Positions 12,063-25,375 of a stretch of 64,000 bases of DNA are shown one piece after another. Positions within the stretch are counted from its first letter, which is position 1; each line of letters begins with the position of its first letter. The notes under the pieces are model-generated. The model was not told the DNA's origin and ran no database searches. It worked only from the letters and a program-made list of their open reading frames with translations. This DNA is from the human T2T-CHM13v2.0 reference genome, Homo sapiens: NCBI RefSeq assembly GCF_009914755.1, contig NC_060931.1; one strand, given 5' to 3'. The translations under genes were made by a program, and so were the position numbers.

Positions 12063-14699
12063 AAGAAATTCATACCAATTTAATTGCTTTTAATAAATTT
12101 TGGTGAGTAGTATTAAGAAATCATATGTATTTACATGATAATGGTTAAATGCTTGTGTGCAGGTATGTTAGAATAACCTAGAATTTAGTACTTTGGTTAA
12201 GGTCCACCTTGGAGATTGGTGTATGCCTTAAGCTTCAATTTCCCAACTTTTAAATGTCATTAATAATAATTATAAATATTTCATGGTATTTTTGAGAAAT
12301 AATACATGCCAATGACTTATGACATTAATAAATTTTATGATTTCTGTAATATTATCTTCATAATGATCAATGATGTAATATCATTGAGAAGTATCAGAAA
12401 GTAGAGATGTTTCACAAACAAATAAAAAATCAAACAAAACCCAAAATTGGAATGTGCATTATAATGATGTAAAGGATAAAGAAGGATGAATCAAAATTAA
12501 TTACAAATAATCCTCTAAACGTTTGACCAAATCAGAATTCATATTTCTCCTTCAGATAAAATTTCTCTTTTTCGGTTGAAAGCACAGAGAAAGAAAATGG
12601 AAATTTCAGATGTTGGAGAAAATATTCGGAATTTATGTGACACTGGATAATACTAAATGCTCATTCTGGTAACTGCAACCTTCTTTCAATATTCCTCTTT
12701 CCTAGTAAAACCTTAAGCATCACACAACAATATATTTTTTCTTCTGCTTTTCTCCCTGATTTTGGAACAGTTTCTTAACATTCCCACAAAAACATGGTTT
12801 GAGGTAACGACACTATCGACTGAAGAAGGAATGAGTTTGGGAAGCGTTGAGATGTGGGAAAGACTAATTGTGCCTTCATATAAAGACTCTTAGAAAATGA
12901 CCTCAGGCTAGTATTTCCAATCATCTTCAAATCTTCCGTTGAAAGAAAGTGACTGCTGAGTAATCATTTGCACTCAGAGTTTTGCAAAATATTTGAGATT
13001 TAGTTAAAGAAAAGGGGAAAGAAGAATCCAGTGCTACTGACAACTGTGGTACCCAGACCAATGACAGCAAATGAGTCTGTGGGATCATCTTCACAGCCTC
13101 CGAATGACAGAGCATCAATGAAATGAAGAAAATAGTGCTTTTTGCGCTTCTATTATCTTCTAACTGATAACGTGCATACATTGTTAGTATTTTTCCACAG
13201 AATGGTTTATGTCAAATACTTAGGCTAACAGCATCTGTACTGAGAAGACTCTACTCAGGTGCTTAGAAATTTTTCTACTGAAGTGTTTTTCCAGTGACAA
13301 AGTTCTTTCATATTCTTCCCACCTGGAAACATAATGGCATATTCACAGTTTTCACCCTGAAAGTGTATTAGGTATGACATAATAGATGCCTCATTCCAGC
13401 TAAGAGTTGCTAAATAAATAAATCCACCTGGCAGTGACATTTATACTAGTTTCGGGAAATTTTTCTTTGGCAGTAGAGACCTTGATAATGCAACTTAATG
13501 TAGCCATGATGGTGTCTTGCATTGTGAGGTTAATAGGACCAATCAGTGGGGATGAATTATGGTTCACCTTTACACCATTTTATCCCTGCTTTGCTGATAT
13601 AGACCTGAAACAGCCTATCTAATTCCTTTGGGAATTCTCTAATGGAGCCTCCCTAACTCAAGTTACTATAGGATGGGTAGATCCTCCACTGGAGCTGAAA
13701 GCCTCCTGTTGGGTCCTCATTTGTTTAGTTTGTTATCTCTCGATACTTGCTTAATTCTCTGGAATGTCTTCATAGATGTGGCTGGCAGGCAATGCCATTT
13801 AATCATTTTTTTTTCCTGGTTAGCCTTATAGAAAATGTTTCTTTTTTTCTGGATGGTGAATACATAAAAAATTATTAAATATAATCATTTAAAGATAGGG
13901 TAATTTAAAAGAGGCATAAGCTTAAGCATATCTGCATGTAGCCTCCATATTTTGTTCAAAGATGTGTGTACATTCAGTGTAACATAAATTTAATATTTGT
14001 TGACTAAGGAGCAAAAATATATTGTTAACAGGTATTCTATGACACAGTTGGCCAGTCAGCAACTAGTTTTCTTCAGATCTTTTCAAAGGCTGCTTGTTGT
14101 CGCTTTATCCAAAGGAGTTGATAGATGTGTATGAAGCATTCTGGCTGACCCATGGCAATTTGTGTTTGGAAGAATGAGATTTAGAGCCAGGGTTAGTACA
14201 CCATGTGGATTGCCATGGGCATTATTTAGGTGTAGATAAGCTTATCTGAAATTGCATCTGGATTACCTGACTAATCCAAAAAAGGAAAGAAAAGTAGAGA
14301 CCTGCTATGGAAATAGTCATGAAACAAAGGAGCGCTAGGGGAGAGGTGGGTAACTAAATGCTAGTTTTTAAATAATGTTATATCAGACTTAAAAGATACA
14401 TGGAAGATAAGACAGGCCTAAGAGTTTGCTAGCAGCTGGATCAGATTGCAAGGAAGAATCTCAGTCTATCCTTTATTACTCAAGCCAGAGCACAAGACTA
14501 GTTTCCACATTTTATAAATATAGAGTCTTTTTTGGAGACTGTGAAATTTGGATAGAATGTTTTATTTCTCATTACTGTTTACAGATTCGTTATGACCTTG
14601 GCCTGTATACACTTTCATGACAGGTTAAGTGAACAGAGGTTAAAGGAGGCAAACTGAGAGTATTTAAATAAAGTTTACTTGCTATATTTGTCTTATCTC

Positions 14700-15410
14700 C
14701 CCATGAATAATAAAAATATCATTTATTATATGTATTACAAAATGTTCTAAGTGCTTTATACACCTAATATTAGTATGGTTATTTCACACAAATTTTATGA
14801 TGTCTGATTTCTTTTTCTTTTTATAGATTTAGAGGTACAAGTACAGTTTTGTTTCATGCATATATTGCATAATGGTGAAGTGTGGGCTTTTAGTATAACC
14901 ATTCCCAGAACAGCGTACATTGTACCCACTGGGTAATTTCTCATCTCTCACCCCCTCCCACCTGTTTGCATCTCCAGTGTCTATTTTTCCACTCTCGATG
15001 ATCATGTGTACACATTATTTTGCTACCACTCATAAGTGAGAGCATGTGGTATTTGACTTTATATTTTTGAGCTAGTTCACCTCAATAATGATCTCCAGTT
15101 CCATCTGTGTTGCCACAAAAGACATTCTTTCTTTCTTTCTTTCTTATGGCCGAGTAATATTTCATGATCTATATACATATATACCACATTTTCTTTATCG
15201 CATCATCCACTGATGGACACATAGGTGGATTCCATATCTTTGCCATTGTGAATAGTGCTGTGGTAAACATATGAGTGCAGGTATCTTTTATAGAAACTTT
15301 TATCACCTCTATTTAACAGCTAAGGAATCTGAGGCTCAGAGCTAGTAAGTGGTGGGTGTGGGATTCAAACCCAGGGAGTCCAATGCCAGAGTCTTAACTA
15401 CTTCACCAGA
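14700..15410 (-). mobile_element. MIR split by an L1PB insertion
   Basis: Left half 14700-14800 (tgttctaagtgctttata). Right half 15300-15410 (aaggaatctgaggctcagag...ggattcaaacccagg). Confidence 0.6.
14810..15289 (-). mobile_element. L1PB (PB4-like) 3' end
   Basis: ttatagatttagaggtacaagtacagttttgtttcatgcatatattgcataatggtgaagt...gagtgcaggtatcttt. Confidence 0.85.
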
Positions 15411-15831
15411 AGCAGAGAGAAGGGGAGCCATTTTATTATTCTTGATTTCAAATAAGCGGTAGTTTACAGGTAGTACTGCGTACACATTACATGCTCAACA
15501 CATAATAGTGCTAAATAGTTTTTTTTGTTGCATCCCTATTCAGGATGGGGGTAGGTGAGCCCTCCTCTCCCAGTATTCCTCATCCTTAGAAATAGGCACT
15601 AAATAGTTCCAGATCACAGTTTAAAACTATTGCTATGGGAAATGAATTGAACAAATCATGTGCTTACCTTCAGCACTAATATTCTAAATCACCTTAGATT
15701 AATGCCAGTAAATACCAAGACAGTTAAAAAGTGCATTCGATGTAAATAACTACAATGACAAGTTCACAAATAGCAACACAACTAGGAATTCCACGTAGGA
15801 GCAGAATATAAAGTAAAATGAAATGATGATC

Positions 15832-15848
15832 TAGATAGACAGATAGAT

Positions 15849-15886
<38 letters not shown>

Positions 15887-15909
15887 GGAGAGAGAGAGAG
15901 AGAGAGAGA
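15832..15909. repeat. Compound STR: (GATA)9 core plus (GA)n
   Basis: Nine uninterrupted GATA units at 15849-15884 followed by a GA run. Confidence 0.95.
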
Positions 15910-17886
15910 TTAGATGGACAGGTATGTAGTTTCACCTATAAGCAAAGGCAAAAATGAGTATCTCAGAAAGGCAGATTTAGGGACCACTAAGATTTTAAGT
16001 TGCATCATTCTGTAAATTGGAGAATATTATCACTTACTGTACTGTCGCAAATTTCAGATAAGTTAACATTCCTGAATGTTCTTGGCACAGCATAAATGCT
16101 CAATATCTTCAATTATCATACTTTTTCCCCTTCATCCCTGCCCTGACGCATGATAGATCATTTCTTAAAATATACTACAGCATGTATTAAATAATATTTC
16201 TACTGCTCAGTTTTCTGGGGAAAATAGTGTTTAGTTAATTTCTAGGTTTTGTTAAGAATTTACAAAATATATTTCATAAATGTGTTCTTTTCCTTTCAGA
16301 AATAAATGTATAATTTTACTCACAACATTTCAACAACTTTCCTAACTTGCATACTTCATTTTTCTAGTGTTTCATAAAAGTTCTAAATTTAATCATATGA
16401 TATTTTAAAATAAGATATTAAGCAAGAAAACACAGCATCTATTGTATTTTTAAACGAATCTTATGGTTTTTATTTTATTATTTCAATTACTGTTACTAAA
16501 TTATTAATTCTAGGTTAGAATTATAAAGCATTATCAAAGATACAGTAGATTGCAATTAGAGTTTACTTGATTAGGCAATTATTAAAAAATGAACATTTTT
16601 TTCTGTGTCAACAATGAAGTCAGTTAAAATGTTTTTGGAACTAATATGCTGATAGCAATGCTGCAGAATTAAAAGTCGCGTTATTATTACACAAACATTT
16701 TGCTAAAGTTTGGAAATTATTCCTTTATTGGGGTTCTGTTAGTTTTGGAGAATATTTATATACATATATATATATGTGTATATATATGTATATAATTATC
16801 CTGCAAAATGTAGACCTTTCCTCTTAGATCAGTACTAGCATGCTAAATATTTTATTTTTTAAATATATATTAGGTAACTGAAACAAAGAAAAAAGGTTTT
16901 TATTTGCTTAGAGAGATAACAATAATACTTAACTTGTAAAATATTCCTTTGATACATTCATAAATAAGAAGATAAATTTTCTAATTCTTATCTGAGAAGC
17001 ATAGCAATTTACTTTTTAGAAGCTTATACATTATGGCATCCTTTGATTAATGCAGTACATTTTTTCTCACAATTTATAATGGACTTCCAATAATCTTGCC
17101 TTTAAACTGTATTTGACCTCCCTTATTTTACTTTCCAACTAGAATGAAGAGATGGACTACTAGTTGTAGTTCACTGTAGAGGCTTTATGCTATCTGAAAA
17201 TTTTAGACCCAGTGGCTTTAATAACATTGTAAACTGATTCTGAGTCCATTTTCTCTTGATTGACATGTCTACTTCCACATATAATGGTAAATGCCTTGAC
17301 TTTTCTGCTCCTTGTGAGTAGATTGGTTTGCAGATTTACATAAATACATTTCCCAGAGACCACATTTACCACATTTGCTCATGACAGCAATGATCCTTGG
17401 TCATTTCACATGCTGTAGTTACATGCCATTCAGGAGGCTATTGTTGATTGCCTGTCATTTCTCCTGCCTAGATGTCATTCAAAGGGTTATTTGTTATTTT
17501 AATTTATAGGAATTTGTACATTAAGTTCAATTAACCTAACAGGGCCACACAATGAGTCAGGTTCAAATGAAAGCTGCAGATATTACTTGTGAAAGTTACC
17601 ATGGAAGATGATGAGGAAGGAGTTTTTATGACTGACCTGTGGAGTTAGACTTATTTGTTTTTCCAATGATCTCTACTCCTTATGTTTCCAATAGTTTAAG
17701 TGATTTTGAAATGAAGTTTTTCATAATATCTGGAAATACCCACCCCTCCAAATTTATACCCATACCAGTTTACAATACTTTAGACATGACAGTATATAAG
17801 TAGGAATAATCCATTGTTATACAAGCCCCAAAAGAGAAAGAACAAAATTTGAGGGCAGATTGGAATAGTTAAGATATTTTATGTAG

Positions 17887-18236
<350 letters not shown>

Positions 18237-18277
18237 CCAAACTTTTTTTTTTTTTTTTTTTTTTTTTAGCATATCAG

Positions 18278-18614
18278 TGTATTAGTTCGTTCTCCCACTG
18301 CTAATTTGTAAAGGAAAGAAGTTTAATTGACTCACACTTCCACAGGGCTAGGAAGGAATCAGGGAACTTATAATCATGGTGGAAAGGGAAACAAGCATGT
18401 CCTTCTTCACGTGGTGGCAAGAAGAAGAATGAGAGCAGAGCGAAGGGGGAAGCCCCTTATAAAACCATCAGATCTCATGAGAACTTACTATCATGCGAAT
18501 AGCGTGGAGGAAATCCCTGATTACCTCCCACTGGGTCCCTCCCACAACATGTGGAGATTATGGGTACTACAATTCAATATGAGATTCGGGTGGGGACATA
18601 GCCAAACAACATCA
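18278..18614 (-). mobile_element. THE1C/D solo LTR (MaLR)
   Basis: tgtattagttcgttctc...cccttataaaaccatcagatctcatgagaact...ggtggggacatagccaaacaacatca. Confidence 0.88.
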
Positions 18615-19119
18615 ACCGGAATCTTGTATTGCAAGTTTTTATTGAATTTTAAATCATGAAGCTAAACACTTCTTTGATAAACATCTAGAAGGTGAGAAGT
18701 AGCTCAACTCTGGAGTAAGGCTAAACTGGGTCTGAATATGTTTTATATTCTCTGGACTTTGAAATATGTCTCTTGATAATAAACTAGTTAGGTCTCTCTG
18801 TGAAAAGTCAACCCTGCTTACTCTAAAAATATATATATATTTATTTGGCCTGTAAAAGTTTAAGGCCCACCAGGGCAGGGAGAGGCTGGAAATCAATATT
18901 TTTCTTATGAATTTAAAATTTTAGAAAACCTATTTCTTTTTTAAAATACTTAATATTTAATAAAAAATATATGGATTTTTATTTTCAATCCTGTCATAAT
19001 AACCTATGTAGGTAGAATTGCCTTGAACTTTCTCTTTCCTCTGTTAAATATAAATGTTTTTACTCATTTGTTTGCTGAGTTATTTTTTATAACAGAATAC
19101 ATTTTCTTTTTCCTTTCTT

Positions 19120-19890
19120 TAAGAACGTTTTGACAAATAAACATATATATTTGTGGTATACAACATTGTGTTTTAATATGTTTACATTGTAGAATGGATA
19201 AATAAAGCTAATTGTCATATGCATTACCTCACATAATTTTTGGGGGGTAATGAGAACACTTTCTTAGCAATTTTCAAATACACATTTTATTAACTATAAT
19301 TACCATGATATACAATCAATCTCTTGAACTTATTCCCATTGTCTAACTGAAATTTTGTATCTGTTGAGTAACATCTCCCCCAAACCTTGTCCCTTCCCTC
19401 CAGTCTCTGGTATGCAGCATTCTACTTTCTAATTCTGTTAGTTTGACACTTTTATGACTCCATTTATACATGAGATCATGCTGTATTTGTCTTTCTGTGC
19501 CGGACTTATTTCACCTAACATGATGATCTCCAGCTTCATCGATGTATTTGCAGATGACATAATTTACTTCTTTTTAAGTCTGAAGATTATTCCACTGTGT
19601 ATATATACCACATTTTCTCCATCTGTTTATTTGTTGATGGACACTTAGGTTAATTCTAAAAGTTGCCTGTTTTAAATATGCTGATGAACATGGGGGTGCA
19701 GATATAGCTTCAACATACTGATGTCAGTTTCTTTGACTATATACCCAGAAGTGTGATTGCTGTACCATATGGTAGTTCTATTTTTAATTTTTTATGACTC
19801 CATATTGTTTACTGTAAAGGCTGTAGTAATTTATATTCCTATTAACAGTGTACAGGGCTCCCCACCGCCCTTGCCACATTCTTGCAACTC
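19120..19890 (-). mobile_element. L1MA (MA8/9-like) 3' end
   Basis: tgacaaataaacatatatatttgtggtatacaacat...catatgcattacctcacata...atacccagaagtgtgattgct. Confidence 0.85.
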
Positions 19891-22800
19891 TTGTTTTCCT
19901 CTTAATTTTATTATTTCTACTTCAGTTTCCTTAACTAAGAAGAGAAATAAATTTGCTTGTTGCTTATTTTGGGATGATCCCACAATTATTATACTAATTC
20001 TGTTAGTATAATAATTATAACACTTATGGTGTCTTTCTGGGAAAACTGAACTAGGTGGTTAACTGCAGTTCTGGGAAAGTCTAGAAGAAAAAGTCCAGTT
20101 TTGGTAAGAGAACCCTCTTGCCTTTTTACCTTCCCTGGGCTAGGTATGGTTCCTGAGGCAAACCTCCCTCCCTCCCTCCATCCCTGCCTCCTACCATAGC
20201 GAACCAACAATTTCCTCAGTCTGAACTGTTCCATCATGCTATGAGTGACTCTTAACTATTCATGGAAACTTCTAGAAGTAAAATCCCGAATTTGTGCAAT
20301 GAGTTAACTGGAGAAAGCTATTCTAGTAAAAAAAAAAAATATGAAAAAAAGGAGGCTGGGAGACAGCAAAACTTCTTTGAATTACCATTTTCTTCCCTGG
20401 TAGGTATTGTTCTCGACTTTGTTTCTGCTATAGTAAAATATATCCAGGTGGAGTAACTAGACAGGCATGAGGACTTGATGGAAAAGAAAGCATGGATAGT
20501 CATCACATTCAAGTTGTTTTAGTTATCTCTTATAAGCAAAATAATTGAGAAGTAAGGCTGTCACATAACTAGACAGTGAAAGTTAGTGAGAGAAGGAACA
20601 GGCTGTGATCTTTGGAAAGGAGATTTCTATTTTTGCAGAACTGCTGAGAATAGTGAGTAAAAGTCTGCATAAGACATACTGAGTGAAAGTTTGGGGTTGT
20701 TTTCTTTAGGCCCATGACATAACTAGCTTTGAATGATAAGTTAACAATGTGAACATCATGTGTGCATAGAATCAGCTTTTTAACTATTAGTTGTTGATTG
20801 TGCTCTGGGAAACCTTAGTGGGACACTGAAAAATGAGTTAATGTTAAATAAGGAGTTGCAGAGGCTGACAGCCTTGGAACCTTTGGGCACAGGCATCTGA
20901 ATAACTTTGCAGGAATGACCTGATAATTCTTGGATTAATAAGGAAATTCTCCCTTTACAGAAGATGACGTGCAGATTATTAAAAACTGAGAATCTTTTTT
21001 GGAACCTGTGGCAAACCCAAACTCACCCAATCTATGTCATAATTTTAGTGACTTGGTATTGTTTGATTGTAATGACTAACAAGCAAACCAGAAAGTCTTC
21101 CAGAACACATTTAAGAAGTTACGAAAAGGGCTATAGATGAAGAACAAAACAGCACTATTTAAATTTCATTGCACACCTAGGACTACAAAAAATACTACTT
21201 TGTAGTTTTCTTGAGTCTATATAACTTTCCTAATGTTTTCTATACATTCTCCCTGCCGCTCAGCTAACAGCTAGAAATCACTTTGTAGAATAAAAGGGCT
21301 GAGGATTGTATTTATTTCCAAGACAGTAGGGCCTACAGAGGCTAAAAATCAGCATCTCATTTTTCAGTCGATATGGCCAGAGACTAGGCAAGTAACGGAG
21401 CTGGTGGCAGAGAAAAAAATAAAAAATAAAAAATAAGTAGATTAGGGAGAAATGGAAAAGAACAAAGGCAGCTAGGGCAGGTCAATGAACTTGACAGAGA
21501 GGAGGCTTCTATGTTCCCTCATTTTTTCCCCGGCATAATATTTTGTGATTTGACATTTATTTGATACCCCATCAATCTGTTCCTTGGAACACTTGTACTG
21601 TAGTTGATTTTGTAGAGTAGCACATGCTTATTTTTCACATATATAAATTGTGTGTTCAAAGAGTATCTTTATGGTTTACTTTCTGATTAATAGGCTCTGA
21701 GGATATTTTGCTTATCCTGGTGAATAATTTACATCTGCCTCGTGTGTTTTGCATTTTCCTTTGGCTTCATTTTCATTCCATGAAATTTTGCAAGATGCGT
21801 TCTCTCCTTTAAGTGGATGTGAATTTCTACTCAGTGAAAAGCAATCTAGACAAAACAGTGTAATTTATTAGCTATTTTTCTTACAAATCTCCTACAACAA
21901 AACTTTATTTTATCACTGCCAAGTAACATCTCCAGTCTGTTTTATGCAAAAGAAATTTCATATCCTGATTGGTCACAGTGTAAAGTTGGTATTTAAGAAA
22001 TATATTTCTCATATTTATAGCTATAATGTAAAAAGCATAAAATGTAAAATTTGAAAATGTGTTTTATTTTCAACTAAGGGCATGAAATAAATATAACTTT
22101 TATAAGTATTATATGTAGAGATGAATTTTCCTCAGAAGTTGAAGGTCTTCCATAAGTATGTTCATATATAATGATCTTTTATACAATTTACATTGCGCAA
22201 CTGTACCACTTATATTCTTAATAGATGAGTGTGCGTTCATTTCATGCTGTTAATATCTGCAATAAACCTTCAAATTACCAACTATTTTATTGATACTGTG
22301 TTTTGTAGAGCACCATCAACGTGTGAATTCTTAACCTGTGCTTCAGCTGTTTTCTATGTATTTGAGCTAAAGTACTATCTACACTTTGCATGTCAATTTT
22401 TAAGTCTATATTTTTCTCAATACAAAAGAGATCAGAGACAATCTCTCCTGCTTGGTTCAGGGACCAGAAACACAGTAGGTTCTATCCAGAGTCATCAATA
22501 GCCATTGTTCTTTTTATTGTTCTAAAATAAAATGTAAAACCATAAGGATAGCTTAATCATGCTACAGACGAACTTATGTTACAAAAGAAATTATTTACAG
22601 TAACACTCTAATTATATCTACCTGCCAAAAAGGAAGTAAGCAAATAATTATAACACAAAGTGATAAGTCTTTAAGTACAGTATACTGTGAGATATTGGAA
22701 TTGTTTTTGCAGAATTTGAAAAAGTTCCTTAGATATAACTAGGTTTCTATTTATTAGCCTATATAAACACAAAAATAAGAGAAATAAATGTAAGTGGTAA

Positions 22801-23938
22801 AATAATTAGACTTGGTGACTACATCAAAAAGTTTTACTTAAAACTTTGGCAGATTTAATAATAAATTTCAGTGAAGTTTTTATAGATATGAATCTTCCGG
22901 TTGAATTTTTGACTTTGAATAACTTAATCAAATGCGGCTCTGGATTGCATAATTATAGTTTACACTTGCATAATTGCATTTTTATACTTTTGCCTTATTT
23001 GAAGTATTAAAGTAATTATTTATTATTTGTTACACTATACATTGAAATTAATGACCTAGTCACACACTCACTTATATATATTTGTATGTCTTATGGAAGT
23101 TATTCATACAAAATGTTGAGATTTTAATGAATTCTAATTGATACTCAAACTTGTCATATTCACTCTATATGCATTTCATAATTTTTGGTAAGGGTGTGGC
23201 TATAGAGGTTAGCCAATTCACATCAATTTTTAATTATATACTTTTTCAAAAACTATAATCTTCTCAGTGTTACTAATTATGAAATTCATAAAATAATATC
23301 CATGAAATGACTTGGGTGATAATCCAGTAATTATCAATAGTCACTTGCTATCATATTCGGATGACATAATTATAACTTAGACTAACAAAGTTTGGGTCAT
23401 TTGATGAATGGGTGGCTTCCTTTTATTTTATTACAATTATGAGACTTGTTAATAATGTATAGAATTTGTATAATATTAGGTTTAAATTTCTTTTCTGCTG
23501 CGATTTTGTTCGTTTGTAATAAAACTATGAAACACACTATTTGAGATAATGTGAATTCGCCATTTTTATTTTTGATCAGTTTCTAATTAATACATTTACT
23601 TTTGGGGGGAAAAGTTGATCAATAATGAGCTGAAATATTGCCTTTAGCCCTAATAAAGTATATTTTGGAAAACAAATGTTACCTTAAAATGACAATAACA
23701 ACAACAGCAACACAAACCTTCACATAATAAGAGCCCAAATGAGATAGTTTAAATCTAGCTTAAGCTCTACTTAATAAACAACAATAATGTATAACACTAT
23801 TGGACAAAACAAAATATTAAAAACCTCTCCAAACATAGGTCTAGAACAGAGACTAGCACTGTCTTCACTGGGATAGTCATGAATTTCCAGTTTCGGTGTA
23901 CTGAGATTCAGTCAGAACTTGGACTTAAAAAACAAAGA

Positions 23939-24466
<528 letters not shown>

Positions 24467-24504
24467 TTAGCAGGTGCAGCATCCGCAGCAACATCCTTAA
24501 TGCT

Positions 24505-25095
24505 TTCTCCCCAGTTCAAGCTTAGTTTCTCCCTTAGACTACTGTAATAACTTCCTAACTGATTTCTCCATCTCATTTTTTTCCTCCTCCAATCCAATTT
24601 CAAATTATCAGTCAGGGTGATCATTTTGAAGTGCAAATCAACTTGCCACAATAAGTTATCCATTGGTCTGAGAATAAAAACCATTCTGGAGTAACTACAA
24701 AGGCCTGCAGGATCTGGAACCTGAACGCCTGTGGAGCCTCATCTTTACTGCTCAGCCATCCCTTCCTTGCCCCTCCCTTCTCCTTTGCATCACTCCAGCC
24801 CACTTGCCATGCTTCTTCCCTCCTCGTCCTTCTGCTGGAGTTGGCCTTGGGCTTCAAAGCCTCCCAAACTTCTCTACTTAGCTAATTTTTATTCATCCTT
24901 CACATGTCAACTCAAACTTCATTTCCTTTGAGCAGTCTTCCCCTCCGTTCCACATTAGTTCCGGTCTTCTACTGTAGCGTTCAGGATGCCCTGTACATTA
25001 TCATATTTGTAATGACATATTTATCAATGATTAGGTGATATGTCTTTCTAAGTACAGAGTTACTGGCCTCTGAGCACAGGGCTTGGCACATGATC
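24505..25095 (+). mobile_element. L2 LINE fragment
   Basis: gactactgtaataacttcctaactg...tcagggtgatcattttgaagtgcaaatc...aaggcctgcaggatctgg...cactccagcccac...tcatccttcacatgtcaactcaaa. Confidence 0.7.
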
Positions 25096-25099
25096 AAAT

Positions 25100-25375
25100 T
25101 TTAGCCAGCAGAGACTTCCCTCAAGATATTTGGAATTGGAAGTAAAAAGGAAATATATTTCCCATCTGGTGCACGAAGCTGACAAGGATAAATGCAAAGT
25201 TGGAGATAAGAGAAGTGGAGATGCTCTAATGAGCCTTGTTGTTGTCCCTGAAGCTACCTGCAGCCCTGTCCTGATGGTAATTTGGGTTGTAAGTCAATAA
25301 GCATCCTACTTTCATTTTTAAGTTTGTTGACTTGGGTCTCTCTCACTGGCAAGGATAACAACCCTGACTGAAAGA
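25100..25375 (+). mobile_element. Old MLT1/ERVL LTR fragment
   Basis: 3' end gtaagtcaataagcatcc...gacttgggtctctctcactggcaag...ccctgactgaa. Confidence 0.45.

Noticed and set aside
20639-20652. Possible 14-nt plus-strand microexon
   Set aside because: Not frame-preserving, short pyrimidine tract, and likely chance.
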